Of a stretch of DNA of 64,000 nucleotides, positions 57,150 to 64,000 are shown in pieces. Each line of letters begins with the position of its first letter. Positions within the stretch are counted from its first letter, which is position 1. The DNA lies in NCBI GenBank assembly GCA_000092065.1, contig CP000601.1. The stretch is one strand, 5' to 3'. The notes beneath the pieces are model-generated. The model saw only the letters and a list, made by a program, of their open reading frames with translations. It was not told the origin of the DNA and searched no databases. This DNA comes from Ostreococcus lucimarinus. Taxonomy: Eukaryota. A program made the position numbers and the translations under genes.

Positions 57150-58958
57150 ATGACGGCGTCCGGCGCGTCGGCCGCGGCGCGCGCGACGCGCGCGGACGTC
57201 GAAACGATCGGCGCCGAGGTCTTTCGAGACGCCGTCGACGACGGTTTGCACGACGCGGTGTGCGCGTGGGTCGCGGAAGAGCTCGAGCGAGGACGGCGAG
57301 GGGAGCTTGAGGGTAAGACGCACGCGCCGGTGCCGCCGAAGTGGGCGCGAAGGGATCAGTCGAGGGAGATGCTGCAGTACGGGACGTACACGCACAGTAA
57401 CCGAGTGGACGCGGAGACGCGCGTAGCGGCGATGCCGGCGATGTTTGAAGACGTGCTGGACGCGCTGGTGGCGAGAGGGGTGATCGGGAAGGATGAAAAG
57501 ATGGATTCGTGCACGGTGAACGTGTACGGGAAGGGACAGTGGATACCGCCGCACATCGATAATCCGACGTTCGCGCGGCCGTTTGTGACGGTTTCGTTGG
57601 CGAGCGCGCAGACGATGACGATGGGGCGAGGGATGCTGTGGCCGAGTGGGGACGAAAAACCGGATCCGGGGGTCGTTTATGAGGGGGAGGAGTTCAGGGT
57701 GGTGCTTCCGGCGAAATCGGCGGTGCGCATGGAGGGAAGGGCGGCGGACGAGTACGAGCACGCGATTCCGCCCGTGAGCGAGGATAGGATTTCGCTCACG
57801 TTTAGACGACGAATGGCGGCGAATACCGAAGGCGACGCGATCGCGGCGCAGATGGCGATGACGGAGCAGTTTCGAGCGATGTATAGGGAAAAGCGCGCGG
57901 TCGGTCGAGACGATTCGTTGAAGGAACCCAAGGAAGTTTCCGAGGAGCAGAGACGACGCGAGAGCATCGCCGCCGAGAGGGCGGCGATCAAGGCGGCGCG
58001 AGAGGAGCGTAAGAAGGCGAAACAGTTGCGCAAGGAAGGTAAGCGGTCGGATGCGCTCGAAATGGAAGAGGCGACGAGGAAGAATCCGTCGCCGTCCGTA
58101 AAAACGAGCGTGTCGAACGCAGGGACGACGGCGACAGAGTTGGTGAAGAAGCCGCCCAAGCGAGCGTGCGCCGTGGTGCCAGAAAATTTCATAGACGCCG
58201 CGGAAAAGGTGACAGCGATGCCCGAAGTCGAGCGCGAGCACGTGCAGAAGGTGTACGATATCGTCGCGCAGCAATGGCACGGCACGAGGTATCGCGCGTG
58301 GACCGGGGTGGAGGCTTTCGTTAGGAAACAGCCGCCCGGTTTGCTCGCCGCGGACGTCGGATGCGGCAACGGTAAGAACATTCCCGAAATCGTCAAGGGC
58401 GGTGGTTTCGCGCTCGGAAGCGACTTTAGCAGAGGCTTGATTGAAATCTGTCGCGATAGCGGATACGAGGTAATGGTGGCCGACGCCGTTATTTTGCCGT
58501 ATCGATCCGACGTGTTCGACTACGCGCTCAACATCGCCGTGTTGCATCACATATCGTCTCCCGAACGTCGCGTGGAGCTCGTAAAGGAAACGATGCGCAT
58601 CGTCAAGGTTGGTGGTGTCGCATTATTCTACGCCTGGGCGCTCGAGCAAGAGCAAGGGGGGGTTTCTGGTCACCAATTTGAAGGCCAAGACGTCTTGGTG
58701 CCGTTTCATAACAAGATCAAAGTCAAGGGCGTCGCGCCCGAGGACGAGCGAGAGCGCCAATCGCGCGTGAGCGGCGCGCCCACGCACGGTGAGGCCGATC
58801 GCGAGAAACGATCGGTTGTGTATCAGCGATATTGTCACGTGTACACCGAGGGTGAGCTTCCAAAGCTGTTTGAAAACCTTCCTTGGTGCGAGGTCACGGC
58901 GGCGTATTACGATCACGGCAACTGGTGCGTCGAGGTTTTGAAGACGTCTCGTCCTTAG
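57150..58958 (+). CDS. ALKBH8: ALKBH8-type bifunctional tRNA wobble-uridine modifying enzyme: AlkB-like 2OG-Fe(II) oxygenase domain fused to a Trm9-like SAM methyltransferase
   Basis: Oxygenase motifs GQWIPPHIDNPTFARPFVTVSL..EYEHAIPP..RISLTFRRR (H-x-D...H...R-x-S). MTase motifs GLLAADVGCGNGKN (motif I), ALNIAVLHHISSPERR..MRIVKVGGVALFYAWALEQE. A KR-rich linker lies between the two domains. Confidence 0.85.
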   Translation: MTASGASAAARATRADVETIGAEVFRDAVDDGLHDAVCAWVAEELERGRRGELEGKTHAPVPPKWARRDQSREMLQYGTYTHSNRVDAETRVAAMPAMFEDVLDALVARGVIGKDEKMDSCTVNVYGKGQWIPPHIDNPTFARPFVTVSLASAQTMTMGRGMLWPSGDEKPDPGVVYEGEEFRVVLPAKSAVRMEGRAADEYEHAIPPVSEDRISLTFRRRMAANTEGDAIAAQMAMTEQFRAMYREKRAVGRDDSLKEPKEVSEEQRRRESIAAERAAIKAAREERKKAKQLRKEGKRSDALEMEEATRKNPSPSVKTSVSNAGTTATELVKKPPKRACAVVPENFIDAAEKVTAMPEVEREHVQKVYDIVAQQWHGTRYRAWTGVEAFVRKQPPGLLAADVGCGNGKNIPEIVKGGGFALGSDFSRGLIEICRDSGYEVMVADAVILPYRSDVFDYALNIAVLHHISSPERRVELVKETMRIVKVGGVALFYAWALEQEQGGVSGHQFEGQDVLVPFHNKIKVKGVAPEDERERQSRVSGAPTHGEADREKRSVVYQRYCHVYTEGELPKLFENLPWCEVTAAYYDHGNWCVEVLKTSRP

Positions 58959-59014
58959 ATGTCGTACGCGTCACCTTACAAAACTACTACTCGTACCGCG
59001 GATTGTCATCGTCA

Positions 59015-59992
59015 TCATCTGTACTCTATTCTCACCGCCTTGCGCGTTTTGTGCACCTCGTGCCTGGCCTGCTTAATTCTCCTTCGCGCGTCCTTGTAAA
59101 TTTCGTTCGCCTCCTTCCACGCCTTTTTCGCCTCGTCGAGCTCGGCTTTGGCGTTCGCGTACCGCGCGTTATTCTCCACCTGCGACAGCCTTCTCGGTCG
59201 CACGACGGAATCATCCATCATCGCCTTCATCGCGTTCCAATTCCCATCGTCGCGCACGTACCGCGCGCTCGCGTCGTCCCCGTCCACCTCCGTCACGACG
59301 GCGTCGAACGCCTCGCGCACCCGCGCCCACTCCTCAAACGTCAACGTCGCCCCCGCGTACTCCAAGTATCCGTTCACGTTCCCGCACGCCATGCGCCACT
59401 TCTCCGGTATCCCATTCACGCCGTCACCGTCACCGTCACCGTCACCGTCACCGCGCGCCTCGGACGTCGTCGCGTCGTCCGCCGCCTCGCGCGTCTCGAA
59501 CGCCTCCGTCGCCTCGATCGCCTCGTGCGCGAATCGCCGCGCGAGCGCCGTCGCCTCCGCCTCGCACTTTCCCACCTCCCTCGCCACCGCTCGCGCCGCC
59601 GCCGACCCATCCTCCGCCTCCAGCGACGCTCGCACGCGTCCCAGTCGCCCGCCGACGCGCGCGCTCCACCGTTCACAAATCTTCGCGACGCACGCCGTCT
59701 CGCCGCGCGTCGCGCGCCGACGCCGAATCGCGCCGACGTAGCACATCGCCGTCATCGCCTCCGCGTCGATCGCGCGTCGGCTTTCGCGCAGGAGCTCGAA
59801 CGCGCGCGTCGCGCGCGGCGTCGCGCGCGCGAACGCGTCGAGCGCGTCGCGGTCGTCGGCGCTCGAGCGCGTCGCGGTCGCGTCGGCGCGCGCGGCGCGG
59901 CGGCGGCGAATCGGCGCCGGTCGACGGCGCGCGACGGCGCGCGCGGGCGCGCTCGAGCGCGCGGGCGAGCGCGCGCGGGCGGCGGCGCGCAT
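59015..59992 (-). CDS. Hypothetical protein (325 aa) with a Gly-Asp repeat and a K/R/E-rich coiled-coil C-terminus
   Basis: ATG is the reverse complement of 59990-59992. Protein-like C-terminal half: ..GIPEKWRMACGNVNGYLEYAGATLTFEEWARVREAFDAVVTEVDGDDASARYVRDDGNWNAMKAMMDD..AKAELDEAKKAWKEANEIYKDARRRIKQARHEVHKTRKAVRIEYR. A (CACCGT)4 microsatellite encodes GDGDGDGDG. The N-terminal third is A/R-rich and uncertain. Head-to-head with MLH1, 74 bp between ATGs. Confidence 0.4.
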   Translation of the reverse strand: MRAAARARSPARSSAPARAVARRRPAPIRRRRAARADATATRSSADDRDALDAFARATPRATRAFELLRESRRAIDAEAMTAMCYVGAIRRRRATRGETACVAKICERWSARVGGRLGRVRASLEAEDGSAAARAVAREVGKCEAEATALARRFAHEAIEATEAFETREAADDATTSEARGDGDGDGDGDGVNGIPEKWRMACGNVNGYLEYAGATLTFEEWARVREAFDAVVTEVDGDDASARYVRDDGNWNAMKAMMDDSVVRPRRLSQVENNARYANAKAELDEAKKAWKEANEIYKDARRRIKQARHEVHKTRKAVRIEYR

Positions 59993-60066
59993 GCGTCGAC
60001 GCGCGGGCGCGCCCGACGGCGCGCGCGCGGCAGAGCGCGACGCGGTGTGCGGCGAAAGGATTCGTC

Positions 60067-62365
60067 ATGACGCGCGGTGACGGCGCGCGCGACGGCGCGT
60101 CGACGCCGCGCGCCATCGGGCGCCTGCCGAGCGACGTCGTCAATCGCGTCGCCGCGGGAGAGGTGCGTCGAGGGCCGGCGCGCGACGGCGCGCGCGATGA
60201 GAGATTGAATGTTTGAACGTCAGCTCGACGACGGACGACGCGAACGCGCGACTGACGACGCGAGACGACGCGACGACCGAACGCGCGCGCAGGTGATCCA
60301 TCGACCGTCGAACGCGCTGAAAGAGCTGGTGGAGAACTCGTTGGACGCGGGCGCGAAGTCGATCGCGGTGACGACGAGGGAGGGCGGGAATAAACTGTTG
60401 CGAGTGCAAGACGACGGACACGGAGTGCGAATAGAGGACTTGCCGCTGCTGTGCGAGCGACACGCGACGAGTAAGATTGAAAAGTTTGAGGATTTAGCGC
60501 GATGCGAGAGCTTTGGGTTTCGAGGAGAGGCGCTGGCGAGCATGAGCTACGTGGCGCACGTGTCGGCGACGACGATGGCGGCGGGGGCGACGCACGCGAC
60601 TCGAGCGACGTATACGGATGGGAAGATGGATGCGGAGGGGGCGAAACCGATCGCGGGGGTGTTAGGAACTACGATTAGCGTGGAGAACTTGTTTTATAAC
60701 GTCGTGACTCGAAGGAAGGCGTTGAAGAGCGCGTCAGAGGAGTACTCGAAAGTGCTCGAGGTGTTGCAGAGGTACGCGGCGTTGCGAACGGATGTGGCGT
60801 TCACGTGTCGGAAGCACGGTGAGTCGCGAGCGACGTTGCACACTCCCGTGGCGCAATCGCGCGTCGAGCGGTTGCAGGCGATTTACGGTCCCACGGTGGC
60901 GAGAGATTTGAAGAAGCTCGACTTCGACAGCGAGCTGTCCAAGAAAAAGTTTGATTTCAAGCTGCAAGTGGACGGTTTAGTGAGCGGTGGGAATTATCAT
61001 TCAAAGAAGACGACGTTCATTTTGTTCATCAATTCGCGTTTAGTGGAGTGCGCGCCGCTCAAGCGCGCGTGTGAGTCGGTGTACGCGGCGATACTCCCCA
61101 AGGCTGAGAAGCCGTTTGTATTCATGCACCTCCGCCTGCCGTTTGAAGACGTCGACGTCAACGTGCATCCCACGAAACAGGAGGTGCACTTTCTGCACCA
61201 AGAAGCCATTGTGGAGTTGATTCAGTCCAAACTAGAGAAGATTCTTCTCGCGACGAATTCGTCGCGAACATTCACCGTGCAAACACTGCTTCCTGGCGCG
61301 GAGAAACTGGCAAAGAAGGATGACGAAAACGACGCCGAGCGAAGCGGCGACAAGGAAAATAGCGAAAAAGCGGACGAACCGCCGGCGTCGCAGGCGAAGA
61401 CGATGCGGACACAGCGCGAACGCGCGGGTGGTGATCACAAGCTCGTTCGCACGGATGCGAATTTAGCAGCGGGGAGTTTGGACGCGTACTTGCAGCGAGC
61501 GATGAATTCCGAGGGACGCGAACACGAGAAAATAGAAGAGGTTCGACGCGCGGTGAGAGAGCGTCGAGGACAGCGCACGGAACCCGAAGACACGTACGTG
61601 TGCGAGTTGACGTCTATTCGCCAGCTTAACACCGAAATCGCCAATCGCGCGCACAAGGAGCTCGGCGACGTGATTAAAAATCACACACTCGTCGGCGCCG
61701 TGGACGCGCGCAAAGGCGTGTGGTTACTTCAGCACCAAACCAAGCTCTTCATGGTGGACGCCGTAAAGCTCACCGAGGAAATGTTCCATCAAATGGCTTT
61801 GAAGAACTTCGCCAACTTTGGGTACCAATCGCTGCAAGATCCCGCGTCTTTGGCCGAACTCGCGCTGTGCGCGCTGGAGGATAAATTCGTCGACGACGAA
61901 GAGTGGGACGCGAGCGATGGCTCCAAGGAGGAAGTCGCAGAGAAAATCGCAGAGATGCTCGTCGAAAAGGCGGACATGCTCAAGGAGTATCTCGGCGTCG
62001 TCATCGACAAGGAACGGCGTCAGATCACCGGAGTGCCGTCGATGCTTCCCGGGTACGCGCCGGAAATCGGCAAACTTCCCGAGTTCGTCCTCGCCCTCGC
62101 CGAAGACGTCGATTGGACGAGTGAAAAAGAGTGCTTCGAAACCTGCGCTCGAGTCATCGGCGCATTTTTCGCCATGGACTGCTCTTTCCACGATCCGAAA
62201 GCCGAAGAAGGCGACGCCGAGTCCGACGCTCGTCGCGTCGCTCGCCTCTGCGTCTTTCCCGCGATGAAGCGCCGTCTCGCCCCGCCTCGTCGTTTCGCCG
62301 ACGACGGCACCGTCATTCAGATCGCGTGCCTCGAGCAGTTGTACAAAATTTTCGAGCGCTGTTAG
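60067..62365 (+). CDS. MLH1: DNA mismatch repair protein MLH1 (MutL homolog), two exons: 60067-60162 and 60293-62365
   Basis: Exon 1 MTRGDGARDGASTPRAIGRLPSDVVNRVAAGE ends at a GAG|GTGCGT donor. A CGCAG acceptor at 60292 continues in frame with VIHRPSNALKELVENSLDAGAKSIAV..GFRGEALASMSYVAHV.. (GHKL ATPase). This is colinear with MLH1 ([35 protein letters not shown]), and the C-terminus ends ..LYKIFERC, the MLH1 FERC signature. Confidence 0.9.
60163..60292 (+). other. MLH1: MLH1 intron (130 nt, GT..AG, phase 0)
   Basis: The intron contains an in-frame stop (..ERLNV*) that is removed by splicing. The splice restores the conserved AAGE|VI(Q/H)RP junction. Confidence 0.85.
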
Positions 62366-62717
62366 TCGGTCCGCGTCGTCGTCGTCGCCCTCGAACGGCG
62401 TCGGCGTTCCGAATCGTCTCGCGGCGCGTCGCCCGGTCGTAAAGCTTGAAATCGTGAACCAACCAGCCGTTCGATTCAACCGACGCGCGTCGACCGCGCG
62501 CGCCTCGGTCGTCACTCCCGCGCGCGCCACCGGCTCGACGGACGGACCGACGCGACCGACGCGACCGACGCGCGCGTTCGAATCGTGCATGCGCGCCGCG
62601 CGTCTCGTCGCCGCGCGCGTCGCCGCGAGAACGCCGACGTCATCGCGTCGCCTCGCCGCTCGAAAACTCAAAACGACGACCCGCGCGCGCGACGCCGCGA
62701 TCGCCGAGCGAGCGAGC

Positions 62718-64000
62718 ATGACGACGGGCGAACGCTCGAACGCGTCGAAGCTCGCGGCGGTGCGAGAGGCGATGGCGAAGCGAGGGGTGCGAGCGGTCGT
62801 CGTGCCGTCGCAGGATCCGCACTTTAGGCGCGTCGGCGAAGCGAAGGCGAACGAACGAAACGAGGAACGACGACGCGCGCGACGGGAAAGACTGACGAAC
62901 GGGCGAGGGCGTGTTTTTGTGGGGAACGCAGTGAGTACGTGGCGGCGTGCTTCGAGCGACGACGATGGTTGAGCGATTTTACGGGGTCGGCGGGGACGGT
63001 GGTGGTGACGGACGCGGCGGCGTTGTTGTGGACGGATGGACGGTATTTCGTGCAGGCTGAAGACGAGCTGAGCGAGGACTGGACTCTGATGCGAAGTGGG
63101 GTGAAGGATGTGCCGGACGTGAAGAAGTGGTTGTGCGCGGAGGAGGCGGGACTGGCGTTTACCGGAGCCAAGGTGGGCATCGATCCAAACGTGCACTCGG
63201 TGAGCGAGGCGCGAGGTTTGAGAGAAGCGTTGAGCGCGTGCGGGATCGAGTTGATGAGCGTCGAAGAGAACTTGGTAGATTTGGTTTGGAGCGATCGTCC
63301 ACCGTTCCCGAAGACGCCGCTCAGAGTGCACCCGATGGAGTACGCGGGGAAGAGCGTGGCGGAAAAATTGGAAAACCTTCGAGAAAAAATGAAGGAAAAC
63401 GACGCGCAGAAGCTCGTCGTGAGCTCGTTGGATGACGTCATGTGGCTATGCAATGTTCGAGGCGGTGATGCACCGTGTAATCCGGTGACGTTGTCTTACG
63501 TCTTGGTGGGTGAAAACGACGCTTCGTTTTACGTCGACACGGACAAGGCGACGCCTGAAGTCGTGGCGCATCTCGCCGAGGCAAACGTGACGATCAAGCC
63601 GTACGAAGACATGGCCAAAGACGTGTATGCCGCGGCACAGCGCGGTGAGCGACTCTGGATGGACGTCGATAAGGTCTCCATCGCCATGCTCGAACAGGCT
63701 GAAGCCGGAGCCGCCGAAGCGCCCAAGGATGCGAAAAAGGTGAAGACGGAGAGCGCGCCGTCCGCCATCAAGGAGGGCACGTGTCCGGTCCCGATCGCAA
63801 AGGCGGTGAAGAATGAGGCCGAGATGGCCGGTATGGTCGAAGCCCACCTCATGGATGGCGCTGCGATGGCTGAATTCTGGTGCGCGATCGAGCGAGACGT
63901 CGCCGAGGGGCGCGCCATTGACGAGTACGAAGCTGGCGAGAGGGTCTTGGCGTGCCGAGCCAAGCAAAACGGTTTCTTCGAAGAATCGTTCCCGACGATC
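62718..64000 (+). CDS. XPNPEP: Xaa-Pro aminopeptidase P (M24B, XPNPEP1-like), partial (3' end beyond the window), two exons: 62718-62827 and 62932 to past 64000
   Basis: Exon 1 MTTGERSNASKLAAVREAMAKRGVRAVVVPSQDPHF-. Exon 2 -SEYVAACFERRRWLSDFTGSAGTVVVTDAAALLWTDGRYFVQAEDELSEDWTLMRSG..VGIDPNVHS..LVDLVWSDRPPFP..MWLCNVRGGDAPCNPV.. is colinear with human XPNPEP1 ([22 protein letters not shown](I/V)SGF(D/T)GSAGTAI..WTDGRYFLQA..). The junction splits a Ser codon (AG|T) and needs a GC donor. Confidence 0.8.
62828..62931 (+). other. XPNPEP: Putative non-canonical GC-AG intron (104 nt) of the aminopeptidase P gene
   Basis: Donor CACTTTAG|GCGCGTCGG, acceptor GGGGAACGCAG|TGAGTAC. No GT donor in any phase reproduces the conserved DPHF-SEYVAAC junction. 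Confidence 0.55.

Noticed and set aside
59400-59470. CRISPR-like or satellite array (CACCGT repeats) and other hexamer runs (12510-12595, 23458-23482, 37124-37210, 52720-52800)
   Set aside because: Units are 3-6 bp with no spacers. They are coding or UTR microsatellites producing GD, RE, D/E or S runs, not CRISPR arrays.
61724-63331. 535-aa minus-strand ORF spanning the MLH1 3' end and the aminopeptidase P 5' end
   Set aside because: Antisense to two genes with strong homology support, and it crosses an intergenic region. Low-complexity R/A/S-rich product.

Overview
This 64-kb window reads as nuclear DNA from a GC-rich (about 65%), very gene-dense, intron-poor green alga, probably Mamiellophyceae-like (Micromonas/Ostreococcus-type); that taxon call is inference. 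Three lines of evidence support it: the core genes strongly prefer G-ending codons (GCG/ACG/TCG/CCG/TTG), the few spliceosomal introns are short with GTGCG-type donors, and the gene set includes plant/algal markers (CYP97 carotenoid hydroxylase, OSCA channel, PAS2 dehydratase, plastid-type FKBP). I call about 38 protein-coding genes, mostly intronless and packed head-to-head, tail-to-tail or in tight tandem, with 74 to 1000 bp between them. Five genes carry one short 5'-proximal intron each: AP-2 alpha, derlin, eIF3e, MLH1 and aminopeptidase P; the last appears to use a non-canonical GC-AG intron. The most interesting part is 32.8–39.0 kb, a roughly 6.2-kb stretch with lower GC and clearly different codon usage, bounded by two nearly identical 228-bp direct repeats. 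Inside are a ZIP zinc transporter and a COG0523 (ZNG1-type) zinc metallochaperone, transcribed divergently from a shared promoter that holds five perfect copies of the plant Zinc-Deficiency-Response-Element (RTGTCGACAY), plus a GIY-YIG endonuclease gene, a MITE-like element with inverted-repeat ends, and decayed gene fragments. Each 228-bp repeat also carries a ZDRE, and the right-hand copy forms the promoter of a 1019-aa orphan protein with an N-terminal zinc ribbon. There are no rRNA genes, no CRISPR arrays and no convincing tRNA genes. Several very long GC-rich ORFs in the six-frame track are antisense or frame artefacts and are listed as rejected. The track labels TTG/GTG codons as M, so true ATG starts were re-derived.
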